Of a DNA stretch of 64,000 bases, positions 15,971 through 26,286 are shown in pieces. The first letter of the stretch is position 1, and each line of letters opens with the position of its first letter. The stretch comes from an uncultured Ruficoccus sp. Its GTDB lineage: Bacteria; Verrucomicrobiota; Verrucomicrobiia; Opitutales; Cerasicoccaceae. The stretch lies in assembly GCA_965140785.1 (NCBI GenBank), contig OZ223475.1, positions 64,001-128,000 on the forward strand, written 5' to 3'. Below the pieces are notes generated by a model. That model was not told where the DNA came from and searched no databases. It was given only the letters and a program-made list of their open reading frames with translations. A program made the position numbers and the translations under genes.

Positions 15971-17815
15971 ATGCCACGAGAAGGAATAGAAACGCCCCTG
16001 AGCATGATCCGCCAGAGTATGTCCGGCGGGGCCAAAGGGGCGCTCTATAAAGTGGCAGGACCGGCCTTTGAGCATTTTTTCAAGCTTCACGGGCTGGACG
16101 ATGCCTACCTGCGGGTGGTCGATGACCCCACCACCCCGAATTTCTTCCAGCGCGCAATGCGTTCCATGGAGATTTCCTATGAAATTTCTGACCAGGATTT
16201 AGAGCGTATCCCCCGAGAGGGCCCTCTGCTGGTCGTTAGTAACCACCCCTACGGGGGGATGGACGGTGTGGTTCTGGGCGCCCTGCTGACCTCGGTGCGC
16301 GAAGACAGCAAGCTGCTTGCGAACTACCTACTGGAGGTGATGAAGGAGATTAGGCCCTGGCTGATCCCCGTAGACCCCTTCGAGCGGGCCGATTCCGCCC
16401 GTTTCAACTTCAGGGCGATCAAGGAGACGATCCGATACCTGTGCGACGGCGGTTGTGTGGGGACGTTTCCCTCCGGCACGGTTTCCCATTTTCGCTGGAA
16501 AGAACGGCAGATCACCGACCCGGCCTGGTCGCCCAATACCGCGCGCTTGATCCGCAAATCCCGGGCCACCGTTGTTCCGTGCTATTTCGAGGGGGGCAAC
16601 GGCATGCTCTTTCACCTGAGCGGCATGGTCCATGAGCGGTTGCGAACCCTGATGCTGCCGCGCGAGATGTTAAAGCTGATGGGCAGCACCCTGCGCGTGC
16701 GCATCGGCCATCCAATTCCTTACCGGAAGTTGGCCGAGTTTTCCAGCAACGAGGAACTCGTGCAATACCTGCGTCTGAACACTTATATCCTGGCCAAGCG
16801 GGCGCAGGACGAGACCCCGCGCCGCAAGTTCCACTTCCCGCGTGTTCCTCGCAAACCGGGGGTGGAGAAGCCCCTGGCGTCCGCCGTGCCCTCCGAGGTT
16901 TTACAGGCGGAAATTTCCCGTATGCCGGAGGAGCAACTGCTGCTCGAACACGGGGCTTTTCAGGTTTACTACGGCTTTGCTTCCCAGATCCCGAACATCC
17001 TCGACGAACTGGGCCGGCTGCGGGAGAAGACCTTTCGCGAGGTCGGGGAGGGGACCGGCGAGCCTTCTGATACGGACCGTTTCGACCTGTACTACCGGCA
17101 TCTCTTCATGTGGGACGTCAAGGAGCAGAAAATCGTCGGCGCGTACCGTGTCGGTCTGACCGATGAAATCCTGCTCACCCACGGCAAGGCCGGGCTGTAC
17201 TCCTCCACGCTCTTCAAGTTTAAGCCGGGCTTTCTGGAAAAGCTCGATCCGGCGCTTGAGCTGGGGCGCTCGTTCATCGTCTCGGAGTACCAGAAAAAAC
17301 ACGCCTCACTTTCGCTTATCTGGCGGGGGATCGGACGCTTCGTCTGCCGCCACCCCCAGTACAAGACTCTTTTCGGCCCGGTCAGCATCAGCCAGGAGTA
17401 CAATTCCATCTCCAAGGACCTGATGGTGAAGTTCCTGCGTAAGAACAAGCTCGACACCTCCCTGGCCCAGTTCGTCAAGGCGAAGAATCCGCCGCGTGGC
17501 GGGCCGAGAATTCGCGGCACCGAAAAGCAGGCCCTCTTGGAGGCGGTCAAGGATATCGAAGACGTCTCGGCCCTCATCTCGGAGATCGAAACCGATCACA
17601 AGGGCGTGCCCGTGCTCTTGCGCCACTACCTGAAGATGAACGGAAACCTGCTTTCGTTCAACGTGGACACCGACTTCGGCCACTGCGTGGACGGGCTTAT
17701 TGTGGTCGATCTGACCCAGGCGGAGCCGCGCCTCCTGCGCTCCTACATGGGCGAAGAGCCTTACCAGCAGTTCATGGACTTCCACCAGGCCAAGGTTGAG
17801 GCGGGCGGTAGCTGA
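15971..17815 (+). CDS. Bifunctional lysophospholipid acyltransferase plus GNAT N-acyltransferase (OlsF-like)
   Basis: N-terminal VVSNHPYGGMDG and FPSG; C-terminal GRLREKTFREVGEG, VGAYR, LELGRSF, LFGPVSIS, PVLLRHY. Confidence 0.85.
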   Translation: MPREGIETPLSMIRQSMSGGAKGALYKVAGPAFEHFFKLHGLDDAYLRVVDDPTTPNFFQRAMRSMEISYEISDQDLERIPREGPLLVVSNHPYGGMDGVVLGALLTSVREDSKLLANYLLEVMKEIRPWLIPVDPFERADSARFNFRAIKETIRYLCDGGCVGTFPSGTVSHFRWKERQITDPAWSPNTARLIRKSRATVVPCYFEGGNGMLFHLSGMVHERLRTLMLPREMLKLMGSTLRVRIGHPIPYRKLAEFSSNEELVQYLRLNTYILAKRAQDETPRRKFHFPRVPRKPGVEKPLASAVPSEVLQAEISRMPEEQLLLEHGAFQVYYGFASQIPNILDELGRLREKTFREVGEGTGEPSDTDRFDLYYRHLFMWDVKEQKIVGAYRVGLTDEILLTHGKAGLYSSTLFKFKPGFLEKLDPALELGRSFIVSEYQKKHASLSLIWRGIGRFVCRHPQYKTLFGPVSISQEYNSISKDLMVKFLRKNKLDTSLAQFVKAKNPPRGGPRIRGTEKQALLEAVKDIEDVSALISEIETDHKGVPVLLRHYLKMNGNLLSFNVDTDFGHCVDGLIVVDLTQAEPRLLRSYMGEEPYQQFMDFHQAKVEAGGS

Positions 17816-17861
17816 GCACAGGCTCAGATTCATAGATTCAAGGATTCTGAAATGGGTAAAT

Positions 17862-20800
17862 TTAAGAATCTTTCTCTGCTTCCTCCTCGTCGCGGACGAT
17901 GTGCAGCGTACGCTGCGGGAAGGGAATTTCGATCCCTTCCTTTCCGAATCGCTTGACGATGGCGTGGTTGAGCGCGCTCTGGGTCTCAAGCCGATGGTCC
18001 ATGCTCTCCAAGTAGGCGAAGCAGAGAAAGTTCAGGGACGAGTCGGCCATTTCGATGAAGAACACGCGTGGCTCCGGGTCCTTGAGTACATGCGGGTTTG
18101 CGTCGAGGATTTCCAGGAGGATACGGGTGACCCTCTCGGTGTCGGTCCCATAGGCCACGCCGACGGGCAATTTCAGGCGCGTCATGTTGTCGGTCAGCGT
18201 CCAGTTGATGAGCTTGCCGGTGATGATGGTCTTGTTCGGGACGATGACCTCGCGCCGGTCAAACTCCCGGATCGTGGTGCCGCGGATGCGGATGCGGGCG
18301 ATGCTGCCCGTTGTGTCGTCAATGGTGACGATATCGCCCACGCGGATGGGCCGCTCAAACAGTAGGATGATGCCTGCCACGAGGTTACCGAATATCTCCT
18401 GCAAGCCGAAGCCCAGACCGACCGAGATAGCGGCGATCAGCCACTGGATTTTCGACCACTCGACTTGGGCGATCAGGCTGGCCCAGATGACGCCGCAGAT
18501 GACGATAAAGTACGCCACAAGCGTGGAGAAGGCATGCCGGTTGCCCGAGGTGATACTCTTGATCCGCCGGAAAATGACGATCTCGATCACACTGGGCAGG
18601 TTGCCCGCGAGTACGATGGTCGAGATCAGGCAGATAATGAGCATGACGACCTGACCCAGTGTCAGGATGGGCGAGTCACTCGGGCCAAACAGGGGATAAT
18701 CCGAGACCGTGCGGAACGCCGGGAGCGCATCGTGCCAGACGAAGGCTGTGCCGATGATAAACAGGACCACGCGCAGGAGGTTGAGGATGTGGCGGACCTG
18801 CGGGTCGATTTCGCGCCAGTTCGGGTTTTCTTTTTCCTCTTCCAGGGGAGAGTCGCCATCCTGGGCTTTTTCCGCTTTTTCCGCCGCCTCCTGCGCGCGC
18901 TGCTGGATGATAGCCTGATAGCGGTGGATGCGCAGATAGCGGGAAAACAGCCCGTCGAGAACGGCGATGCCCGCCAGCAGCCACAGGGTCTGCACGGTCG
19001 TGCGAACCATGGCCATGACACCGGCCATGTAGCCGAGGCTGATCATGACCGCCAGCATGGTGACCCAGCCCACGAGCAGGATATAGACACTCCAGCGCAG
19101 GGACCCATGTCGGAACAGCCCGAAGCGCATCCCGCTGTCGGCGAAGATACCCGTCTCCGGGTGAAAGACGCGTCGGAAGGCCACAATGAGCAGCACCAGC
19201 GCGATCAGATAGAGTACGCGGGAGCCGCTGTTCTGGTCGCTGAGCACACCGTAAAAGAGCAGGGAACTGGCGACGAACGAGACTGCGTAGGCCGGCAGCA
19301 TGATGGCCTGGACCGTGCTGTTGATCACGCGGCACGACTGTTCGCTCCAGCGGAAGTGGAGGGCTCCCAGACCCGCGGGCAGTGAAAGTCGGTACAGCAG
19401 CGTCAGGGAAACCGTGGCCGGGATCATCCCCATGCAGGTCATGGCGATGGCGTCGGAAAAATCATTGTCGATGCTGGGAGTGTCCACCGTCCAGGCGATG
19501 CCGAGCAAGACCAGTACCGGGAGGAAAGCGATAGCTATCTCAAAGCCGAGCAGGATAAGCGTGTCGGCGAATTGCGCCTCGCTCAGCGGACGTTGGCGCA
19601 GCGGGTTAAGCTGCCGACCGATACGTCGGGCCACCAGCACGAAAAAGAGCGTTCCCAGAATGGTAACAATCAGGCGCTGCAGACCCCGGCTGAATATGTC
19701 GCTGATTGTCGTTCCGGTCCGTTGAGTGATGTCGCTTAAAATGCCCGGCAACAGGAGGAAGTCCTCGCCCGAGAGGCGGTCCCGGTCCGGGATCCATAGA
19801 GCGTTTTCCGCGGTAAATTCCTCAAAGGATTGCACCGAGGCGATGGCGGTATCCACGGCGGAGGCGGTGGACACCAGCGACTCGAAATAGTCGTCGGTGT
19901 CGGAAATGAGGCCGTGGAGAATATCCACCCGCTGGGCCAGTAATTCCTGCAAGAGGCGCTCACGGATCGCTTTTTCCTCTGGCGAGTCCAATGGGGGCAG
20001 CTGCTTGCGGTAGGACTCCAGGGTCTCCTTCGTGTTGGCCGCCTTGTCCAGGTCCTGCTCCAGGTCGATGAGTTCAAGCTGGGTGTCCCGCACACGCTCG
20101 TTGATCTCTTCCTGGTCGTTCTCGAGCTTTTCCACGCTGGGCAGGGCGCGTTGCTCGCGGTGGAGCAGGGCGCCGACAGACTGGGAGTGCCCGGCAATGG
20201 CGAGGCGTTGCTCGATCTTTTGCAGTCGGGCCAGGGTTTCTTCGGTTATGAGTGTGTAGTGGTCAGCCTGCGCGTTTTGCTCTTCGATTTGTTGGGTTAA
20301 CTGCTTGCGGGTGGCGATCCAGCTTTGATTCTGCTGGGCTAATTCCCTGACTACCGGGTCCTGCATGGCAGCTTGGCGCATGGCTTGGCGCGCTTCGGCT
20401 TCCTGCTTGCTGAGCGCGTCCTTGCGCTGCTGTTCGACGTATTGGCTGAGCGCCTCGATCTGGGTGGCCTGGGCGGCGGCCTGGGCCTCGGCCAGTTCAC
20501 GCTGGGCGTTGCGGTAGCTGCGGCGCAGGTCCGAGGTCGCGGTCTGCCGCTCCAGCAGGGCGAGCTGCCCCTGGAGCTGCTGGATGCGCGCCTGTCGGGT
20601 GGCTTGTTCGGTCGCGCTGCCTCCCTGCGTCTTTTTCAGGTCGTTGAGCCGGGCCTGGAGCTCGGTAATCTGTGTGGTGGCGGCGAGCTTTTCTTCGGGG
20701 AACTTACCGATGCGGTTTTTCAGGTCCTGTATCTGGCTGTTCAGGCTGTCCTGCTTGCTCCTGAGTTGTTCGAGCAGAACCTCGGCGTCAGAAAGGTTTT

Positions 20801-21236
20801 GGGGGATATCGGGCGTTTGCTGACCGTCCTTGATCAGGGCGGTTTGCTCCTTGATTGTTTGGGTGTCGGCTTGGGCGGCGGCGATGACCGTTTCGAGCGC
20901 GTCCAACTCGGTATTGAACTGCTGGGCCTGATTCAGCAGGCCTTTGGCCTCCTGAATGAGCCGGTAGTCGCTGCTGGCCGGCTGGTCATCCTTGGGGGCC
21001 GGGAATTTCTTTTCCAGCTCGTCGAGGTCGGCGGGAGTAAGGCTGGTCGGTGTACCGTTTGTCTGGGGGCTCTCAGCGGTGGTCGGCGCTGGATTGGCCG
21101 TTGGGGCCTCCTGCGCCTGAGCAGCGGGGGCAGCGCAGGCCAGTATCCACCCGAGCAAAAACAGGGTCCGCAGAAAGAGTGGGCCAAGGCAGCCCTTGCG
21201 GGGCGTCGTGAGAGGGGCCGGATCGGCTAAACGCAT
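17862..21236 (-). CDS. MscK-like mechanosensitive channel
   Basis: Signal peptide, long coiled coil, multiple TM helices, GLGFGLQEIFGNLVAGIILLFERPIRVGD, VPNK, VGVAYG, FPQR; start uncertain. Confidence 0.92.
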   Translation of the reverse strand: MRLADPAPLTTPRKGCLGPLFLRTLFLLGWILACAAPAAQAQEAPTANPAPTTAESPQTNGTPTSLTPADLDELEKKFPAPKDDQPASSDYRLIQEAKGLLNQAQQFNTELDALETVIAAAQADTQTIKEQTALIKDGQQTPDIPQNLSDAEVLLEQLRSKQDSLNSQIQDLKNRIGKFPEEKLAATTQITELQARLNDLKKTQGGSATEQATRQARIQQLQGQLALLERQTATSDLRRSYRNAQRELAEAQAAAQATQIEALSQYVEQQRKDALSKQEAEARQAMRQAAMQDPVVRELAQQNQSWIATRKQLTQQIEEQNAQADHYTLITEETLARLQKIEQRLAIAGHSQSVGALLHREQRALPSVEKLENDQEEINERVRDTQLELIDLEQDLDKAANTKETLESYRKQLPPLDSPEEKAIRERLLQELLAQRVDILHGLISDTDDYFESLVSTASAVDTAIASVQSFEEFTAENALWIPDRDRLSGEDFLLLPGILSDITQRTGTTISDIFSRGLQRLIVTILGTLFFVLVARRIGRQLNPLRQRPLSEAQFADTLILLGFEIAIAFLPVLVLLGIAWTVDTPSIDNDFSDAIAMTCMGMIPATVSLTLLYRLSLPAGLGALHFRWSEQSCRVINSTVQAIMLPAYAVSFVASSLLFYGVLSDQNSGSRVLYLIALVLLIVAFRRVFHPETGIFADSGMRFGLFRHGSLRWSVYILLVGWVTMLAVMISLGYMAGVMAMVRTTVQTLWLLAGIAVLDGLFSRYLRIHRYQAIIQQRAQEAAEKAEKAQDGDSPLEEEKENPNWREIDPQVRHILNLLRVVLFIIGTAFVWHDALPAFRTVSDYPLFGPSDSPILTLGQVVMLIICLISTIVLAGNLPSVIEIVIFRRIKSITSGNRHAFSTLVAYFIVICGVIWASLIAQVEWSKIQWLIAAISVGLGFGLQEIFGNLVAGIILLFERPIRVGDIVTIDDTTGSIARIRIRGTTIREFDRREVIVPNKTIITGKLINWTLTDNMTRLKLPVGVAYGTDTERVTRILLEILDANPHVLKDPEPRVFFIEMADSSLNFLCFAYLESMDHRLETQSALNHAIVKRFGKEGIEIPFPQRTLHIVRDEEEAEKDS

Positions 21237-21336
21237 GACAGGCAGTCTCTGGTAGCGGCGGGATTTCGTCAAGCCCACGCTCGCTTTGTGCGGCTGACAT
21301 TAGCCTTTGCCGATCAACGACATGAAGCGGGCAAAG

Positions 21337-21410
21337 TGGCAGGCCCGCAGGGATTCGAACCCCGACAAACAGAACCAGAATCTGTCGTGCTACCGTTACA
21401 CCACGGGCCT
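21337..21410 (-). tRNA. tRNA-Gln(CTG)
   Basis: AGGCCCG/CGGGCCT-G-CCA acceptor, ACAGA-TTCTGGT-TCTGT anticodon arm, GGTTCGAATCC. Confidence 0.96.
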
Positions 21411-21524
21411 AACTCGAAGCAAAGACAGCCCATGCGTGCTCGTCAAGGCGTATAATCCCAAAAATTTTCAGAAATTTAAACCAAGGGGCTTTGGTTGTGT
21501 ATTCAGGTTGCACTACCGCCGTTC

Positions 21525-22367
21525 TCAGGGGTATTGGGGGATACCGTACTTGAGGCGGTACTTGCGGGGCGTGGTCTGGGTGGCAGCGCGAAACTGCTTA
21601 TAAAAGTGGCCGAGGTTTTCGAAACCGCATTCGCTGGCGATTTCGATGATCTGCTTGGGGGTGGTTTCCAACTGCATGGTCGCCCATTTCAGCCGGGCCT
21701 GGTTGACCAGGTCGCGCGGTGTTGTTCCCAGGTAGCGCCGGCAGTCCCGGCAGACGTGCTCGTGACTGCGCCCGGCGATACGAACGAACCCCGGCACCCC
21801 CTCGACGAAGTTCGGCCAGGACTCGATCGCGCGGGCTGCTTGGGTCAGCCAGTCAGGCGCCGGGGAGGGCGTGGCTTGCGCACGCTGGCGGTTGCTCAGC
21901 AGGGCCAGGACACCCAGCAGAAAGGCCGAAGCGTTGGTCGAGTTCCAGTGTCCGGCGGCCAGATCGAACCCCATCTGCCGGAAGCGTTCCCGGTCATCGA
22001 CACCGAGGTGAAACTCCCGGTCCTCGATCTGCTTACGGTCGAAGAAACGCGCTGCGCCCGGGAAGAAATTGTCGCGGATCTGATGCCACAACCGGGTGGG
22101 GAAGGCGAAGTTGATCAAACTCATGCGCCCGCCTTCTTCCCAGGCGGAAAATCCGTGCTGGTCATCTTCTCGGATCAAGGCCAGATAACCAGTTTCCATA
22201 AACCGACGCTCTCCGTTCAGGTGATGGCAGCCCTGCCCGCTCTCGATCCAGAACAGCTCACAATAATCTTGAGCATGGGCATTAGCGGGTGGGTCATAGG
22301 CGTAGTTCCAGACCTCATAGGTACAGGCATAGGTCTTGGGCCAGTCCCGAGTGGAGAGGAATCGCAT
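21525..22367 (-). CDS. AraC family regulator with cupin sensor domain
   Basis: HAQDYCELFWIESGQGCH; C-terminal IIEIASECGFENLGHFYKQF...TPRKYR; divergent from GH38. Confidence 0.93.
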   Translation of the reverse strand: MRFLSTRDWPKTYACTYEVWNYAYDPPANAHAQDYCELFWIESGQGCHHLNGERRFMETGYLALIREDDQHGFSAWEEGGRMSLINFAFPTRLWHQIRDNFFPGAARFFDRKQIEDREFHLGVDDRERFRQMGFDLAAGHWNSTNASAFLLGVLALLSNRQRAQATPSPAPDWLTQAARAIESWPNFVEGVPGFVRIAGRSHEHVCRDCRRYLGTTPRDLVNQARLKWATMQLETTPKQIIEIASECGFENLGHFYKQFRAATQTTPRKYRLKYGIPQYP

Positions 22368-22443
22368 CAATTAAGCGTAAAAAATAGTCAGGCTAACGCA
22401 AGACTCGTTTTCTCCGAATCTGCTATAGTTCAGCCTTACACTT

Positions 22444-25400
22444 ATGCTTCCCAAAGACCACCTTCCCCAACTCATTCCCAACCGTCTGGATGCCTGCCTG
22501 CGCCGCCTGCGTGACAGCCTCTGGGCCGACGAGCGCCCGGTGACGGTCGAGGCTTCTACGCCCTCGCCGAAGCAGGTTTCACTGGCCGAGGGCAAGCGCC
22601 TCAAACTCAAGCCGGTCAAGCCCGACACTTACTGGGGGAAAATGTTCGACCAGCGCTGGTGCAAAGTCACGCTGCCCGCCCCCTCTGACGCCAATACGTG
22701 GCTGCACTGGATCGATCAGGGGGAGGCCACGCTCTACGTGGAAGACCAGCCGTACTTTGGCTTCAACGTGGCCCACCGCCACTGCCGCCTGCCCGAGGGC
22801 GTGCGGGAGCTTTGGGTTCAGTCGAGTTGCATCCAGAGCGCCATCTGGCATCCCGAGGCTCGGGGCATGCAGCCCGGCGGCAGTTTCTTTCAAAAGGCCT
22901 TCGTCGCCAGCCGTGACGATGCCGCCTGGAAGGCTTACCACGACCTCAAGTGCCTCTTCGACTTGGCTATCGACCAGCGCCACCGCGAGAACCCGCAGGT
23001 GCCGACCGAACTCAATGGGGCAGGCTTGCAGGCCCCGCTGGACAAGTTCAGCCCCTCGCTGCGGATCATGCTTGATGGCATGAACGAGGCGGTGGACGCC
23101 TTCGACCGGTCCGGTCCCGCCGCTCTGAGCAAGGCATTGGCCGGGCTTTATAAACAGCTCCGCCTCGACAAGACCTTCTCGCGCTGCGTCCTGACGGGGC
23201 ACGCCCACCTCGACCTGGTCTGGATCTGGCCCGAACGCATGGGCGAGCTCAAGGCGGTCAACATCTTCGCCACCGTCAACCGCCTGATGGAGGAGTACCC
23301 CGAGTACCGCTTCGCCTACAGCCAGCCCGCCAGCTACGAGGCTGTCGAGCGGCGCGAACCGGAGTTTTACCAGCAGGTGAGTAAGCGCATTGGCTCGGGG
23401 CGTTGGGAAGCCACCGGCGCCATGTACGTCGAGTCCGACACTACCATCGCCTGCGGCGAAGCCCTGGCCCGCAGCTTCATGCTGGGCCAGCAGGGCTTTT
23501 GCGCCATCAACGGCCAGCCCTCCCGCCTGACCTGGTTGCCCGATGTCTTCGGCTACGCCGCCTGCCTGCCTCAGATCATGGCCCAGACCGGGGTAGACTA
23601 CTTCTTTACCACCAAGATGACGTGGAACGCCATCAACCGCTTCCCTTACAGCAGCTTTATCTGGCGCGGCAACGACGGCTCGGAAATTCTCGCCCACGTC
23701 ACCCAGGAGTCCGGCTACGTCACCCACATGACGATCGACAACCTCAAGGCCCCCATGCACGCCAACCAGCAAGCCGCCGTCCACGAGGAGTACCTCCTGC
23801 CCACCGGCTACGGCGACGGTGGCGGCGGCCCCACCGACGAGATGATCGAGCGCGCCCGCCGCCTCGACAGCCTGCCCGGCATGCCCGCCATCGGCTGGGA
23901 CCAGCCCGAGGCTTTCTTCGAGCGCCTGGAGTCGGTCAAAGAAAATTTACCCGTCCACCAGGGCGAATGCTACTTGGAGTACCACCGCGGCACCTACACC
24001 ACCCACGGCAATCTCAAGGCCATCTTCCGCAAGCTCGAGCGCGCCCTCCAGCTCGCCGAAGCCGTCTCCGCCGCCACCGGTAAAACCTGGGACATGGAGC
24101 ACGCCTGGAAGCGCCTCGTCTTCGCCCAGTTCCATGACTACATCCCGGGCAGCTCCGTCTGGGACGTGTACATGGAGGGCCTGCCTGAGCTCGACAGCCT
24201 GGCTGAGGACCAGTGCGAACAGGCGCAAAAGGCGCTCGAAGCCAAGAACGGCGAACCCTGCCTGTTCAACCCGCACGCCGTCGCCGTGAATACTTGGGTC
24301 AAGCCCGCCGGGGCCAAGCAGCCCGTCTATGTCAGCCTGCCGCCGTTGAGTGGAACGTGTATTGAAAAATCCACGACAACCTCGCCCGAAGCCGTCGCTG
24401 TCAAAGGCAAGACGGTCTCCAACGGCCTGGCCAGCTTCCGCGTCAACGCCTCCGGCTGGATCGACCGGCTGGAGTGGGAGGGCGTTTCCGTGCCTCTTAA
24501 TGGTCCGCTCGGGCAGCTCCTGCTCTACCCGGATCACGCCGCCAACTTCGAGGCCTGGGACATCGACCGCCATGTGCTCGCCCTCGGTGAGGTCTGCAAA
24601 GCCAAGGCCGAGATCGCGACCTTCGAGGATGGGCCGTACCGTGCCGGTGTCCGCGTCACCCGGCAGGTCGGCGAAAAATCCACCGCCACGGTGACTTTCG
24701 CACTGGAAGCCGGCAGCCCGCTCGTCCACCTCACGGTCGAACTGGACTGGCAGGAGCCCGAGCACCTGCTCAAGCTATTCTTTCCCACGCAGTACGCCGC
24801 CACCCAGGCCCGCTTCGGCATCCCCTACGGCAGCGTCCTGCGCACACAGGTTCCCAACTCCATGGGCGCAGAAGCTATGTGGGAGGTGCCCTTCAGCCGC
24901 TACCTGGCTGTCTTCGACGAGGGCGAGCGCGAGGGCTTGTTCGTCGTCAGTGAGTCTAAGTACGGTGCCGCCGTCCGCGAGGGTAAGGTGGGCGTCAGCC
25001 TCGTACGCAGCCCTCGCGTGACCGGCTACGAGGCCCACAACTTTGCCTGGCCACCCCACCTGACGCGCCTGGAAACGCCCGGACCCTTCAGCGACATCGG
25101 CAGCCATACCATCCGCCTCGCGATCGGCCGCTACGACTGCGCCCTTCGGCGTGAACGCCACCCCGCCAGTCTGGCCGACACGCTTTTCACCGCGCCGCTG
25201 CCCTATACCGGTCAGCCCGTGGCCCCGGTGATCGAAGAACTCCACGGCGGCGAATCGCTCATCCCGTGTTGGGTCAAACCCACCGACGCGGGAGGATGGA
25301 TCCTGCGGCTGCATGAGGTAGCAGGCCGCCGCGGTACCCTCACCATCCGCGCCGCCGAGGGCTGGCGGATCGAGCAGACCACGCTCAGTGAGTCTGGATT

Positions 25401-25470
25401 CAACTCGGTCAAGGATACACTCGCCTTTAAGCCCTACGAAGTTCTCAGTCTGCGCTTCACGCGGGCATAG
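22444..25470 (+). CDS. Alpha-mannosidase, glycoside hydrolase family 38
   Basis: GHAHLDLVWIW, WLPDVFGY, GYGDGGGGP, YLEYHRGTYT, QFHDYIPGSS. Confidence 0.95.
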   Translation: MLPKDHLPQLIPNRLDACLRRLRDSLWADERPVTVEASTPSPKQVSLAEGKRLKLKPVKPDTYWGKMFDQRWCKVTLPAPSDANTWLHWIDQGEATLYVEDQPYFGFNVAHRHCRLPEGVRELWVQSSCIQSAIWHPEARGMQPGGSFFQKAFVASRDDAAWKAYHDLKCLFDLAIDQRHRENPQVPTELNGAGLQAPLDKFSPSLRIMLDGMNEAVDAFDRSGPAALSKALAGLYKQLRLDKTFSRCVLTGHAHLDLVWIWPERMGELKAVNIFATVNRLMEEYPEYRFAYSQPASYEAVERREPEFYQQVSKRIGSGRWEATGAMYVESDTTIACGEALARSFMLGQQGFCAINGQPSRLTWLPDVFGYAACLPQIMAQTGVDYFFTTKMTWNAINRFPYSSFIWRGNDGSEILAHVTQESGYVTHMTIDNLKAPMHANQQAAVHEEYLLPTGYGDGGGGPTDEMIERARRLDSLPGMPAIGWDQPEAFFERLESVKENLPVHQGECYLEYHRGTYTTHGNLKAIFRKLERALQLAEAVSAATGKTWDMEHAWKRLVFAQFHDYIPGSSVWDVYMEGLPELDSLAEDQCEQAQKALEAKNGEPCLFNPHAVAVNTWVKPAGAKQPVYVSLPPLSGTCIEKSTTTSPEAVAVKGKTVSNGLASFRVNASGWIDRLEWEGVSVPLNGPLGQLLLYPDHAANFEAWDIDRHVLALGEVCKAKAEIATFEDGPYRAGVRVTRQVGEKSTATVTFALEAGSPLVHLTVELDWQEPEHLLKLFFPTQYAATQARFGIPYGSVLRTQVPNSMGAEAMWEVPFSRYLAVFDEGEREGLFVVSESKYGAAVREGKVGVSLVRSPRVTGYEAHNFAWPPHLTRLETPGPFSDIGSHTIRLAIGRYDCALRRERHPASLADTLFTAPLPYTGQPVAPVIEELHGGESLIPCWVKPTDAGGWILRLHEVAGRRGTLTIRAAEGWRIEQTTLSESGFNSVKDTLAFKPYEVLSLRFTRA

Positions 25471-25544
25471 GTGTGTTTGTCATCGCTGGTTTTTGTGAAC
25501 GCCCCGCTCGCAGTTGCGTTTGATTTGCCCACAGCAAACTTATC

Positions 25545-25588
25545 GACCGTCGGTCCCGTCTCCACAGCAGGGGAGGGGGCCGTCGGTC
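25545..25588. repeat. REP-like imperfect palindrome
   Basis: GACCGTCGGTCCC...GGGGCCGTCGGTC downstream of GH38. Confidence 0.4.
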
Positions 25589-25784
25589 ATTTTTACACCC
25601 TTTGCCCCTCTCCCAGAGTTTGAAGCCGCCCGTTAGCTGCCCACCGCCGAGATCGTATGCTTTTGGCACTTGAGTTTTCCGCCAACCCATACGAGAATAA
25701 CTCCTTGTTCTTTGAGACTGCCCTGGGAAAGTCCCGCTTACGCCGGACCATTTCCCGCCCGCATTTCTCATTGATTTAGAATGT

Positions 25785-26137
25785 GGGGGTGTTCCGGATT
25801 CGACCCGGAGCCGTAGGGCCTGGCTGCATGCCGGAGATGATGGTTGGCTCCGTTATCAAATCCATCACACCTATAAATGGCGAAAATGAATACGCCATGG
25901 CTGCCTAATTAACGCAGTCACGCAGAAGGGCTGATACCTGTTAAGCCTGGACGCGATCACCTAGCAGGCATAGTCCGCTTCGGGTATCCGGAAGCGGGCC
26001 GTACTCAAACAGGATTCTCGCGGTACGACAGCGCGCTTCATCGCGGTCGCACCGTTAAACCAAAGATGATGCTAAGTATGTAGACGCCTTGCTTGAAACC
26101 TCCGGACACGCGGGTTCGACTCCCGCCACCTCCACCA
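25785..26137 (+). ncRNA. ssrA: tmRNA
   Basis: 5' GGGGGTG...GGATTCGAC, 3' GGTTCGACTCCCGC-CACCTCC-ACCA with G3.U70; tag ORF 25879-25908 encodes GENEYAMAA*. Confidence 0.96.
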
Positions 26138-26148
26138 AATTTTTGTCT

Positions 26149-26173
26149 AGCCCTTCTTCGGAAGGGCTTTTTT
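26149..26173 (+). terminator. Intrinsic terminator of ssrA
   Basis: AGCCCTTC-TTCG-GAAGGGCT followed by a T run. Confidence 0.85.
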
Positions 26174-26286
26174 ATGAGCAACTTGCGGAATTGGAACGCC
26201 TTGCTACGCGACAGAATCTCGAAACAAACTTCAATTGCATTCTACTCAAATCGACTCAAATCAAGGTGGATTACCTTAATTGTGCC

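Noticed and set aside
21337..21410. tRNA-Gln as an integration site
   Set aside because: No duplicated 3' end or integrase nearby
22579..23784. 401-aa minus-strand ORF
   Set aside because: Antisense shadow of GH38
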